The notes under the pieces were generated by a model. The model was not told the DNA's origin, searched no databases, and saw only the letters and a list, made by a program, of their open reading frames with translations. 64,000 bases of DNA, taken from the IMG/VR virus record IMGVR_UViG_3300021560_000013, positions 32,001 through 96,000 of that record; one strand, 5' to 3'. Each line of letters opens with the position of its first letter. Within the stretch, counting starts at the first letter, position 1. The translations under genes and the position numbers were made by a program. Below are positions 36,372 to 45,190 of the stretch, piece by piece. The DNA comes from a virus.

Positions 36372-36950
36372 GTGGACGAGGACGGGGCTCGGTCGATCGA
36401 AGAGATGCACGAGCGCCAGGAGCGCAAGCGCGGGCGCAAGCCGGGCATGACCGAGGCCGAGCGCGAGGAGCGCAACCAGGAGTTGATCCGAGACCGGCTG
36501 CGCGGCCAATCGTGGACGTACCTGTCCGAGAAGTACGGCATCCAGGCGCGCGTCTGCATGAAGATCTACAAGGAGTGGCGCGACGAGAACGCGCCGACCT
36601 ACCAGGGCCGTGACCCGATCGCGATCGTCCACTCGATGCTCGACCGGCTGGAGGCGTGGGTGGAGCAGCTGGCCGAGATCGCGGACGAGGCCGAGGGCAA
36701 CGTCAGGATCTCCGCGATCAACGCGCAGCTGAACGCGCTGACCCGCACCGCCGAACTGATGCAGGCGACGGGCCTGCTGCCGCACGACCTGGGCACGCTG
36801 CGCCTGGAGCTTGACGTGCAGGCGCTCGGCGTCCGGCTTGTCACAGTTCTGACAGAACAGGGCGCAACGCCCGAGATGAAGCGCGCGATCCTCAACGCGC
36901 TCCGACCTGATGAAGTGCCGCAGCCCGCACTGTCCAACGGGAGCGGCTGA
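36372..36950 (+). CDS. Putative terminase small subunit (HTH)
   Basis: RLRGQSWTYLSEKYGI HTH followed by helices; upstream of TerL; TACGCT 6 nt before GTG (leaderless). Confidence 0.6.
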   Translation: MDEDGARSIEEMHERQERKRGRKPGMTEAEREERNQELIRDRLRGQSWTYLSEKYGIQARVCMKIYKEWRDENAPTYQGRDPIAIVHSMLDRLEAWVEQLAEIADEAEGNVRISAINAQLNALTRTAELMQATGLLPHDLGTLRLELDVQALGVRLVTVLTEQGATPEMKRAILNALRPDEVPQPALSNGSG

Positions 36951-37152
36951 GGACTCCCGCTTCTGCGCGTACCACCGTGACCTGTTCGCGGACATCGCGC
37001 AGGAGATTGACGACGGCAAGGAGTTGCGCCGCCGGACGCCCGAGCGCCGACGCCCGAGCGCGCACAGAGGCTGCGATCACCCCGGCTGCCCCGAGCCCGC
37101 CCTGCCGCGCGAGCCCTACTGCGAGGCCCACCTGAGGATGCTGACCCAGTGA
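36910..37152 (+). CDS. Small Cys/His-rich zinc-finger protein
   Basis: Two C-x4-C...C-x2-H units. Confidence 0.55.
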   Translation: MKCRSPHCPTGAAEDSRFCAYHRDLFADIAQEIDDGKELRRRTPERRRPSAHRGCDHPGCPEPALPREPYCEAHLRMLTQ

Positions 37153-38903
37153 CGCTCAAGCTCGATCCGCGCAGCAGCTTCGGCATGACCGTCACCGACG
37201 CGTTCCTGGACGCGCTCGAATCGGACATCGCCGCGCACGAGCAGCGCCGGGCGAGCTTCCTGCAGTGGGCGCTCAAGGTGCCCGAGACGCGCGGGCCGCT
37301 GAACTTCGAGCGCTGGCCGTTCCAGCGCGAGCTATACGAACAAGGGTTCGATGACCGCGAGGTCGTCGTTATGAAGGCCACCCAGCTGGGGATCTCCGCA
37401 TGGCTCGTCCGGTGGGCGCTGTGCTGGGCCGACATGCACGCCGCCCGCGTCCTTTACATCTTCCCCCGCGAGCGCCAGCTGCTCGACTTCTCCGACGGCA
37501 GGATCAAGCCGCTGATCCTGGGCGAGTACCTGCGCACGCGCGTGCCGCCCGCGAGCGTGATGAACAAGACACTCAAGTCCGTCGGGCTCGGGATCATCTA
37601 CTTCCGAGGCTCCGAGGCCGAGGCCGGGCTGGAGTCGATCGACGCGGACGCGCTCGCCCTGGACGAGCACGACCTGCTGGTGCAGGCGCACATCCCCATC
37701 GCGGAGCGCCGCGTCGGCGGGCAGGACTCGCTGGGCCTGATCCGCCGGATCGGGTTCCCGACGATCTCCGACCACGGGATCCACAAGGAGTTCAAGAAGA
37801 CCGACCAGCGCCAGTGGACCGTGAAGTGCGAGCACTGCAACGAGTGGCAGGCGCTGACGTGGGCCGAGAACATCGACCTGGAACGCGAGATCCGGATCTG
37901 CCGGGCGTGCCGGGCACCGCTGGACGTGACCCGAGGCGAGTGGGTGGCGAGCTACCCGGACCGGCGGGTGCGCGGCTACCACGTCACGAAGCTGATGCTG
38001 CCCGAGCCGATCATCGTGCCGAAGCTGATCGAGGCGTCGCGCGAGATGGTCACCTACAAGCGCCAGATCTTCTTCAACCGGGACCTGGGCGAGCCGTGGG
38101 AGGCCGAGGGCGCGCGGCTGACCCCGGCGATGATCGCCGCCGCCCAGCGCGGCTACACGCAGCAGACCGGCTACGACGGCGTCAAGCCGGTGATCATGGG
38201 GATCGACGTGGCGAGCGTTCGCGCGCTGAACGTGTGGATCACCGAGCGCACGAGCGACACGACAGGCCGGGTGCTGTACCTGGGGCTGGTGGACAGCTTC
38301 GATGAGCTTGCCAAACTGATGGACCGTTACCGAGTGGTGATGGCGGGGATCGACCACCTCCCCGAGAACCGCCTCGCGCAGGCGTTCGCGAATCGCTTCG
38401 CCGGGCGCGTGTTCATCATCAACTACGGGACCGACACTCAGCGCGACGTTCTCCAGGTGGACGATGGTCAGCGTCGCGCGAGTGTCCGCCGGACCGAGGC
38501 GATCGACGCGGCGCAGGAGCGCATCCGGGCGCAGCGCGAGTATCTGCCGCAGGATCTCCCGAGCGACTTCGTGGAGCAGATGTGCTCGAACGTGCGCTCC
38601 GTCGAGCAGGACGACGTGGGGAAGGTGAAGGTGCTCTACCGGGCCGACGGGCCGGACGACTGGATGCAGGCGCTCACGTACGCGGTCGTGGCCGAGGAGT
38701 GCTGGTGGATCCGCCAGCAGGTGGATCACGAGGAGGTGTTCTCGATCGACCAGATGGAGCAGCTGGGGTTCGAGCGCTCGACGCTGCGCGACCCCGAGTC
38801 GATGGACTACTCACCCGGTCGCAGCGACGGCGAGTACGCGATCACCAACGGGCATGTCAACGGCGACGGCTATAGCGACGAAGAGGGCTACGACTGGGGA
38901 TAG
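37149..38903 (+). CDS. terL: Terminase large subunit, lambda gpA type
   Basis: MKATQLGIS Walker A variant; LDEHD; CEHC...CRAC; LGEPW; MGIDV nuclease motif. Confidence 0.9.
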   Translation: MTLKLDPRSSFGMTVTDAFLDALESDIAAHEQRRASFLQWALKVPETRGPLNFERWPFQRELYEQGFDDREVVVMKATQLGISAWLVRWALCWADMHAARVLYIFPRERQLLDFSDGRIKPLILGEYLRTRVPPASVMNKTLKSVGLGIIYFRGSEAEAGLESIDADALALDEHDLLVQAHIPIAERRVGGQDSLGLIRRIGFPTISDHGIHKEFKKTDQRQWTVKCEHCNEWQALTWAENIDLEREIRICRACRAPLDVTRGEWVASYPDRRVRGYHVTKLMLPEPIIVPKLIEASREMVTYKRQIFFNRDLGEPWEAEGARLTPAMIAAAQRGYTQQTGYDGVKPVIMGIDVASVRALNVWITERTSDTTGRVLYLGLVDSFDELAKLMDRYRVVMAGIDHLPENRLAQAFANRFAGRVFIINYGTDTQRDVLQVDDGQRRASVRRTEAIDAAQERIRAQREYLPQDLPSDFVEQMCSNVRSVEQDDVGKVKVLYRADGPDDWMQALTYAVVAEECWWIRQQVDHEEVFSIDQMEQLGFERSTLRDPESMDYSPGRSDGEYAITNGHVNGDGYSDEEGYDWG

Positions 38904-39705
38904 CGTCCAGGCGCGGGCGTACGTAATCCCGGTAGGCGTGCAGGTTGAGCCGACTGCCGCCCAGACCGACCCCGCCGCGCCCGCGCCAGTACAGGTCCGC
39001 GAAGCGGGCGTCGTCCCGCTCGCATGACACCTCGATCTTCTGGTCGGACCGGCGCAGCAGCGAGACGTGGCAGAGCGGCATCCCGGCAGTGAGGATGTGC
39101 CTGCCGTCGCCCTGTAGCCGGTAGCGGAACACCGGGTTGAATTGGTGGTAGATGTCGGTGTGGATCAGGCCGGGGATCGCGACCACGGGAGCGTCCACCG
39201 CGTAGGGCACCGGGTCCACTCGCAGCGAGTAGCCGGGCGGCGTCTCGACCACCCACATGCATTCGAGCTTGAACGCCATCTCATCCTCGTCCGGGTAACG
39301 GGGCATTCCCTCGCGCTGGTCCAGCGGGTGAACGGAGACCATCGGCAGTCCGGGCGGCGCGGCGAAGTCGCGCACCCTGCCGCCGTCCTCGTACACCACA
39401 ACGTCTTCCCACAGCGGCATGATCCAGCCGGTCGTGAGGCGATCGAGGACCGCCGGGCAGCGGCGCATAGTGCTCGGCAGCACGCCGAACGGCCTGCCGA
39501 TGCCCTCGTTCGTCTCGTGGGGCATCTCCTTCCACCAGTCCGGGATGGCCTTGTGTGCAGGCACGAGCGGGTAGGTCTCGGCCATGCCCGGCGTAACGGT
39601 GTAGAACTTCACCTCAGGCGCACGTCGTCGTAAGCGCATATCTGGTGGCAGCCTAGTGGATCTGACCGACGGGATGAACGAGGGCAGCTGAGCCGGTTCG
39701 GTCAT
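38857..39705 (-). CDS. Hypothetical protein of a widespread phage family (possibly dUTPase-like fold)
   Basis: IPDWW..MP...TMRRCPAV.D....GW..PLW.D...W.VETPPGYSL...PG..TD...AG.PL; start may be ATG 39639. Confidence 0.6.
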   Translation of the reverse strand: MTEPAQLPSFIPSVRSTRLPPDMRLRRRAPEVKFYTVTPGMAETYPLVPAHKAIPDWWKEMPHETNEGIGRPFGVLPSTMRRCPAVLDRLTTGWIMPLWEDVVVYEDGGRVRDFAAPPGLPMVSVHPLDQREGMPRYPDEDEMAFKLECMWVVETPPGYSLRVDPVPYAVDAPVVAIPGLIHTDIYHQFNPVFRYRLQGDGRHILTAGMPLCHVSLLRRSDQKIEVSCERDDARFADLYWRGRGGVGLGGSRLNLHAYRDYVRPRLDAIPSRSPLRRYSRRR

Positions 39706-39746
39706 TCCACAAGGAATGGGTAAACCTTACGCACGCGCCCTTCCCA

Positions 39747-39769
39747 TAGCGCACGTCATGTGCTATCCT
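39747..39769 (+). promoter_or_regulatory. Palindrome + -10 TATCCT
   Basis: TAGCGCACGTCATGTGCTA-TCCT, followed by a hairpin leader and the RBS motif. Confidence 0.75.
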
Positions 39770-39821
39770 CTAGGTGGAGGGTGGGAGGCTCCCGCCCTTG
39801 ACTCCCGACCGAGGAGACACC

Positions 39822-40064
39822 ATGCAGGCCACCACGCTGTATCTCGCGAATGGTCTCGTCAGGACCGTGAAGGGCCGCGCCGAGGATGTCGGCGCTGCGC
39901 TCAAGCGGCGGAAGCTGGGCGATGATGACCGGCTCCGTCAGTTCACCGACCTGAACGGCGAGACCGTCACCGTCAACGCCGACGCCGTGGCGCTCACCGA
40001 GGCCGCGAACGTCGCCGCGAAGGGGACCTTCGGCTTCAGCCGGGTCCTGGAGGAGGCAGCATGA
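39822..40064 (+). CDS. Hypothetical protein
   Basis: RBS motif upstream. Confidence 0.65.
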   Translation: MQATTLYLANGLVRTVKGRAEDVGAALKRRKLGDDDRLRQFTDLNGETVTVNADAVALTEAANVAAKGTFGFSRVLEEAA

Positions 40065-40174
40065 TCAAGGCGATCCGAGCAGAGATCCGCTACCGCGTCC
40101 AGCTGTTCTGGGCGGCGGTGGACATCGCATTCGAGTTCGTCGCGATGGAGTGGGCGGCGATCGCCGTCCGCTGA
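40061..40174 (+). CDS. 37-aa hypothetical peptide
   Basis: GGAGG RBS; ATGA overlap. Confidence 0.45.
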   Translation: MIKAIRAEIRYRVQLFWAAVDIAFEFVAMEWAAIAVR

Positions 40175-40184
40175 AAGGAGAGAG

Positions 40185-40313
40185 ATGACCGCAGCGATCC
40201 TCACCACCCTCACCGGCGCGGGCTGGGCGCTCTACGCCTGGCTGCGCGGCAAGACCGGCACGCTTGAGCGCGAGGAGCTTCTCGTGGCGCTGATGATCGG
40301 GCGCGTCCGGTGA
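40185..40313 (+). CDS. 42-aa putative membrane peptide
   Basis: AAGGAG RBS; hydrophobic N-terminus. Confidence 0.5.
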   Translation: MTAAILTTLTGAGWALYAWLRGKTGTLEREELLVALMIGRVR

Positions 40314-40507
40314 GCGCCCCGCCGGTCCGGCACGTCGCCACGATCTTCGGCGGCAAGATCCACTACGCATTCAACGACGCGGGCATCACGTTCTGTGGTG
40401 CCCGCGTCGGCATCTTCGATGTCCACCATCCCGACCTGGAGGTGGACTGCCGCAACTGCATCAAGGTCTTCGAGCACCGGCGCAAGCTCGCGCAGGCGCA
40501 CGCGTGA
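40310..40507 (+). CDS. Small zinc-binding hypothetical protein
   Basis: H...CG...CRNC. Confidence 0.55.
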   Translation: MSAPPVRHVATIFGGKIHYAFNDAGITFCGARVGIFDVHHPDLEVDCRNCIKVFEHRRKLAQAHA

Positions 40508-40707
40508 TCCGCCCGACGATCCACCGAGGCCGACGGCTGATGCTCGACGGGGCCACCGTCGGCTGGCTGGTCAAGCGCGATGGCATCTGGCGCGCATACC
40601 TGGTGCCCCGCCGGGGAATGCAGATCGTGATTGTGGCCGAGGGTCACACGCGCGAGGAGGCGACCGAAGCGGTCTGCCTACTCGCGGAAGCTCACGACTT
40701 GTGCTAA
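40504..40707 (+). CDS. Hypothetical protein
   Basis: GTGA coupling. Confidence 0.5.
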   Translation: MIRPTIHRGRRLMLDGATVGWLVKRDGIWRAYLVPRRGMQIVIVAEGHTREEATEAVCLLAEAHDLC

Positions 40708-40710
40708 GCT
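40688..40710 (+). promoter_or_regulatory. Palindrome + -10 TAAGCT
   Basis: AAGCTCACGACTTGTGCTA-AGCT. Confidence 0.7.
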
Positions 40711-40755
40711 CTAGGTGCAGCCAATCGGCTGCGACACACCGACCGAGGAGAAGAC

Positions 40756-41034
40756 GTGGAGTCGTACACCGCCTGGGACCTGATCGGGTTCGACGGCACA
40801 ACCGAGGTGATCGACCGCCTGCTGGGCGGCAATCCCCGGTACGCCGAGCCCGACTACGAGCCGATCCCGGCTCGGGTCCGGGTGGTCGGAGGGCGGACGC
40901 TGTACGAGGCGGTCACCAACAACGGTGGCTGCAAGGTCCGCTTGAACCGGCTGGTGGACAACACCGGGCAGGTCAACCCGACGAGCCGCTACGTCGATCC
41001 CGACACACCATTGGAGGTGGTGAGAGATGGCTAA
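40756..41034 (+). CDS. Hypothetical protein
   Basis: RBS motif upstream. Confidence 0.6.
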   Translation: MESYTAWDLIGFDGTTEVIDRLLGGNPRYAEPDYEPIPARVRVVGGRTLYEAVTNNGGCKVRLNRLVDNTGQVNPTSRYVDPDTPLEVVRDG

Positions 41035-41320
41035 CCGAGCAGTGTTCCGACTCGAACCGGCTGGCCTGATGGACCGAACCGACGGACGCGTGATGAAGCA
41101 CGCGGGCGCGGAGGTTCACAAGATCCAGCCGCACGGCTGCCCGCCGAACGGCACGATGGGCATGGTCTACGTGCAGGTGGCCGACAGCGGCGAGTTCATC
41201 GGGCTCGTCTCGAAGCACTCGCTGGTCAAGACCGGCAAGACCGCTCCGGTGCGCGATCGCGCCGCCGAGGCGCGCGAGGAGCGCTCACGGCAGCTGCGCT
41301 CAAGGATCCGGGTGGTCTGA
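41027..41320 (+). CDS. Hypothetical protein
   Basis: GGAGGT RBS; coupled. Confidence 0.6.
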   Translation: MANRAVFRLEPAGLMDRTDGRVMKHAGAEVHKIQPHGCPPNGTMGMVYVQVADSGEFIGLVSKHSLVKTGKTAPVRDRAAEAREERSRQLRSRIRVV

Positions 41321-41568
41321 TGCCGACGCCTGAGCTAAACGACCTGGGCCAGCCGCACGAGCGGTGCAAGCGCTGGAACCACGGCGGTCCCTGCTGGGGC
41401 GCGCTGCGGTTCGAGCTACCCGAGATGCCCGACGAGAAGCGCGAGCGCCACGTCTCGGCGGTCTACTCCGTCCTGCGCCGATCCGGCCTGGTCGTGACCG
41501 GCGCGCGTCGCGCCGAGTACTGGGCGCTGGCCGAGGAGCTACTCGCAGCTGCCGACACCGGGATATGA
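41320..41568 (+). CDS. Hypothetical protein
   Basis: TGATG coupling. Confidence 0.5.
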   Translation: MPTPELNDLGQPHERCKRWNHGGPCWGALRFELPEMPDEKRERHVSAVYSVLRRSGLVVTGARRAEYWALAEELLAAADTGI

Positions 41569-42188
41569 CCCGCTGGGCCTACGAGCACGACGAGCTAGTC
41601 CGGATCGCCACCGAGGTGCTGGACCCGCTTGACCAGTGGGCGTTCAAGTGCCACGAGGCTTCACTGAAGCTGGTGAAGTCCGGGCGCTTCGGCACCTGCC
41701 GGGTGGCGCGCGGCTGGGGCGAGGGCGTGACCGGCCAGCACAGCTGGGTGGTGCTCGGGGACGACTGCTACGACGACCGTGCCACGATCATCGACCCGAC
41801 GCTCTGGAGCTACGACGAGAGCGTCAAGGGCGTCTGGGTCGGCAGCTACAAGCACGGCAAGCACGAGCCGCACGGCAAGGGCTCGATCTGGAACTGGGGC
41901 CGACCGAACTCGGCCACCGGTCCGGCGATCGAGCTAACGCCGCGTAAGCCGTTCTCGCGCTCGGCTCAAGGCTTCCTGGACATCCTGGGGCCGCTGGACA
42001 AGGAGGGCTGGATCCACCTGGCGCACGCGCCGGTGGAGGGCTGGCCCGCCGCCGAGATCATCGACGCGCTGTGCGAGACGCCGCACCCCACGATCAAGGG
42101 CCAGACGTTCGAGGCGTACATCCCGATCGACATCGTGGGGATGCTCACCGACCGGCGGGCCGACCTGTACCTGTCCGACCCCACGTAG
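41565..42188 (+). CDS. Hypothetical protein with a possible Cys-His-Asp (transglutaminase/papain-like) triad
   Basis: KCHEAS...QHSWV...IIDPT. Confidence 0.55.
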   Translation: MTRWAYEHDELVRIATEVLDPLDQWAFKCHEASLKLVKSGRFGTCRVARGWGEGVTGQHSWVVLGDDCYDDRATIIDPTLWSYDESVKGVWVGSYKHGKHEPHGKGSIWNWGRPNSATGPAIELTPRKPFSRSAQGFLDILGPLDKEGWIHLAHAPVEGWPAAEIIDALCETPHPTIKGQTFEAYIPIDIVGMLTDRRADLYLSDPT

Positions 42189-42208
42189 CGCACGACGTGT
42201 GCTACACT
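42186..42208 (+). promoter_or_regulatory. Palindrome + -10 TACACT
   Basis: TAGCGCACGACGTGTGCTA-CACT (closest to consensus). Confidence 0.8.
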
Positions 42209-42341
42209 CAATGAGGAGGGGGCGCTGGCAAGGACCAGAGCCTCCCGGAGCGACGCCGGACCGCGTGAAGCGACCGGACCCTCCGGAGAGCCGAGGCACC
42301 GTCCCAGGCCCCCTTCCTTCAACCCCGACCGAGGAGATCAC

Positions 42342-42512
42342 ATGCAGTTCGAGATCAACGACGCTCAGGCGCAGGCACTGATCGACGTGCTACGCGACCA
42401 CGCTGACGGCGAGCCGGTCCTGTTCACCAAGCAGGGCAACGGCACCCTGACCGTCGCGTTCAACCTGGCGACGATCGACATCGACACGGCGGGGATCGCG
42501 GAGGAGAACTGA
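42342..42512 (+). CDS. 56-aa hypothetical protein
   Basis: RBS motif upstream; not in the ORF track (<60 aa). Confidence 0.6.
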   Translation: MQFEINDAQAQALIDVLRDHADGEPVLFTKQGNGTLTVAFNLATIDIDTAGIAEEN

Positions 42513-42866
42513 GTGTTCGCCTACGAGACCGAGCCGTACGCGCGCTTCGCTGACGAAGGCCAGCCTCTCTTCTTCCGGCGGCGCTACGGGGGCAGCCCCG
42601 AGCCGCCGCAGGAGATCGGCGGCATGATGTTCGTGTCGCTCGCCCCCGCCGAGGCGATCTGGATCTACGGCTACTCGACGCAGTCCCGCTACGCCGAGGA
42701 CCGCGCGCTAGACCCCGGCGTCTGGGCTACCCGCCGGGCGTTCTGGGGCTGGCACTACAGCGTCATGGAGCCGCGCGGTGAGCCGGGCTACATCGCCCTG
42801 GCCGACGTGACCGAAGAGATCACCCGCGAGGAGTTCGAGGCAGCAGCCGAACGCGGCTGGTCGTAG
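42513..42866 (+). CDS. Hypothetical protein
   Basis: GGAGGAG RBS. Confidence 0.6.
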   Translation: MFAYETEPYARFADEGQPLFFRRRYGGSPEPPQEIGGMMFVSLAPAEAIWIYGYSTQSRYAEDRALDPGVWATRRAFWGWHYSVMEPRGEPGYIALADVTEEITREEFEAAAERGWS

Positions 42867-42886
42867 CGCACGATGTGTGCTACACT
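42864..42886 (+). promoter_or_regulatory. Palindrome + -10 TACACT
   Basis: TAGCGCACGATGTGTGCTA-CACT. Confidence 0.8.
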
Positions 42887-42933
42887 CTAGGTGGAGGGAA
42901 TGAGCCCTCCGCTCCCGACCGAGGAGGACGACA

Positions 42934-43284
42934 GTGACGACCGAGGCACGACACATCCTCGACCCAGAGGGTGCCGACGCCGCGACGATGAATAGCTGGA
43001 GTGACCGTCACCCGGCCACCATCGTCAAGCGCACGGCCAAGACGATCTGGGTCCAGGAGGACCGCGTCGTGAACATGAGCAGCGAAGAGACCCGCGAGAG
43101 CGGTCTCGCCTTCGCTCAGGGTCACGGTGACGTGACTGTGTTCACCCGCGACTACGACGCGCCGATCCGCGAGTACCGGCTCCGCAAGAACGGGCGCTGG
43201 ATGGCGAAGGGCGCGCCGATGAACAGCCGGGGCTCCAGCCTGAGCATCGGGCGGCGCTCCTACTACTACGACCCACACTTCTGA
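42934..43284 (+). CDS. Conserved phage hypothetical protein
   Basis: WSDRHP.T...RKNGRW...G.R.YYYDPHF; RBS motif. Confidence 0.7.
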   Translation: MTTEARHILDPEGADAATMNSWSDRHPATIVKRTAKTIWVQEDRVVNMSSEETRESGLAFAQGHGDVTVFTRDYDAPIREYRLRKNGRWMAKGAPMNSRGSSLSIGRRSYYYDPHF

Positions 43285-43297
43285 GGAGGTGACGAGG

Positions 43298-43540
43298 ATG
43301 GCAAGACGACAGATCATGGACGGCACTGGCTGTGTCGAAGGTCTGGAGACGTACGTCAACCGGATCACCGGCGAGCCGGGCCGGATCAAGGTGGCCGTCG
43401 AGGGCGGCGAGATCGTGGCAGTGCTCTGCTGCTGGTTCGCGGCCTGCGAGAACGAGGCCATCAGCACGGAGGCACATCCGATCCTCGGCCAGGTGCCGAT
43501 CTGCGACCGGTGCGCCGAGAAGGTCGAGGCGATGACATGA
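43298..43540 (+). CDS. Cys-rich hypothetical protein
   Basis: CWFAACENEA...HPILGQVPICDRC. Confidence 0.6.
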   Translation: MARRQIMDGTGCVEGLETYVNRITGEPGRIKVAVEGGEIVAVLCCWFAACENEAISTEAHPILGQVPICDRCAEKVEAMT

Positions 43541-43803
43541 GCGCCGAGACCAGGACTCCGGAGCGAGTCGCTGAGCACGCCCAGGAAGCGTTCTGGGCGG
43601 CGGTGGCCGAGAGCTACCCGGAGGTGACGACCGGCGACTTCCCGCCCGGCGATGACTTCCCGCTCGCGCTCGCGATGGAGCGCGCGATCGAAGCGTGGCT
43701 GATGTGGAACTGGCCCGAGGGCTCGAACCCGCCGGGTTGGAAGTGCCCGCGCTGCGGCGACGACAGGCGCGGCTGCGACCGCGACGAATGTCGAAGCATG
43801 TGA
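43537..43803 (+). CDS. Hypothetical protein
   Basis: AFW..VA..YPE.TTGDF.P motif. Confidence 0.6.
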   Translation: MSAETRTPERVAEHAQEAFWAAVAESYPEVTTGDFPPGDDFPLALAMERAIEAWLMWNWPEGSNPPGWKCPRCGDDRRGCDRDECRSM

Positions 43804-43807
43804 CCAG

Positions 43808-43984
43808 ATGATCTCGTTCAGTACCGCGACCGACGAGGAGCTTGTGGCGATGCGTGAGGCGATTGACGCGCTCACGCTCGCCCAGCCTGCGGCGATCCAC
43901 GACGACCCCGCCTGGTGCGAGATCGTCCACGCGGTGATGGGCGAGGTTTACGCCAGGCAAGTCTGGCGGCAGATAGCAGCATGA
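43808..43984 (+). CDS. 58-aa hypothetical protein
   Basis: Fills the gap; weak RBS. Confidence 0.4.
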   Translation: MISFSTATDEELVAMREAIDALTLAQPAAIHDDPAWCEIVHAVMGEVYARQVWRQIAA

Positions 43985-44004
43985 ACACCGACCGAGGAGA
44001 CACG

Positions 44005-44400
44005 ATGGACGAACCACGCATCACGATGAAGGACCGCAGCATCGTTGCGGACTACCTGATCAACACCGACAACGAGGGCCGCAACGGCGCGGAGCGACGG
44101 CACTACGCCGCCGTCACCGTCGGCTACACGAAGGGCGGCATGAACTACTTCTCCGGGAAGTCGAACGCGCGGGGCTACTACGCGTCGATCAACCGGGAGA
44201 CCGAGTCGAGCGACGGGATCTTCACGTCGCGCAGCTTCACGCTGTTCGCTGGGCTCGGGCTCATGCGCTCAGAGCCGGTGGGCCGGTTCTCGCAGAAGGG
44301 CCTGAACGCCTTCTTCGAGGAAGTGATGGAGGCGATGCCCGCGCTGCGCACCGACGAGCGTGTGGCGGCGTACTTCGAGCCTGCGGAGGTGCCCGCATGA
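44005..44400 (+). CDS. Hypothetical protein
   Basis: RBS motif; Y.KGG.NYFSG....RGYY. Confidence 0.65.
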   Translation: MDEPRITMKDRSIVADYLINTDNEGRNGAERRHYAAVTVGYTKGGMNYFSGKSNARGYYASINRETESSDGIFTSRSFTLFAGLGLMRSEPVGRFSQKGLNAFFEEVMEAMPALRTDERVAAYFEPAEVPA

Positions 44401-44636
44401 CTCGCACGATGAAGCTGGCCCTGGAGGCCCTGATCGACGTGCAGCGCCGGGAGTCCTTCCGGCCCGAGGTGGCCGACCAGATCCCGGATGAGACGGTGCT
44501 CGGCGTCATGGTCGCCCGGTACCTGGGGGACGGCGCGGCGGTGCTGGAGGTGTGCGTCGGTGCGCTGACGGACCTGAACTACCACGAGGACGCCGAGCGC
44601 GTCCGCGAGATCCTAGAGCGAGTCACCACGTACTAG
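44397..44636 (+). CDS. Hypothetical protein
   Basis: GGAGG RBS; ATGA overlap. Confidence 0.6.
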   Translation: MTRTMKLALEALIDVQRRESFRPEVADQIPDETVLGVMVARYLGDGAAVLEVCVGALTDLNYHEDAERVREILERVTTY

Positions 44637-44666
44637 CTCACGATGTGAGCACCGACGTGATACAAT
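44634..44666 (+). promoter_or_regulatory. Palindrome with a -10 box (TACAAT) displaced about one helical turn
   Basis: TAGCTCACGATGTGAGCAC, then TGA-TACAAT at 44661-44666. Confidence 0.65.
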
Positions 44667-44716
44667 GAAGGTGCGGGGGGAACACCCCCGCACTCCACCC
44701 GACCGAGGAGACACTG

Positions 44717-45040
44717 ATGGAAACAGCCGAGACGTTCCGCCCCTGCGACGTGCAGCAGATGATCGCGCAGATCGGGCGGATGAACATCATGGCGATCAGC
44801 GGCGGCAGGATCGAGCGCCGCGAGACCGGCATCACCCTGCCGGTCGGCGCTGGCTACAGCGTCACGATCGACCTGGACTGGGACGACACCTACGTCGTCA
44901 GCCGCGTCTTCAAGCGCGGAGCCAAGCGCTGGATCAAGGGCACCCGGCGCAACATCTACTACGACGAGGTGGGCGAAGTGGCCTACAAGGCGTCGTGCTT
45001 CCGCAACGGACCGAGCTACTGGGATGAGTCAGCGGTCTGA
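44717..45040 (+). CDS. Conserved phage hypothetical protein
   Basis: QIG...MAISG...V.I.LD..DTY.V...IY.D motif; RBS motif. Confidence 0.7.
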   Translation: METAETFRPCDVQQMIAQIGRMNIMAISGGRIERRETGITLPVGAGYSVTIDLDWDDTYVVSRVFKRGAKRWIKGTRRNIYYDEVGEVAYKASCFRNGPSYWDESAV

Positions 45041-45190
45041 CATCAAGGCCGAGCAGTTTGGTGCCGATAGGGGCATCACCAAGACTGCGGACGGGGCCGG
45101 GGTGAGCCTGGGGGCGAGGCTCACCCCGCCGCAGATACCTACCGGCGAGCGTACGCGCTCGTCTACATCACGAGAGAGAGGAGAGGGCCG

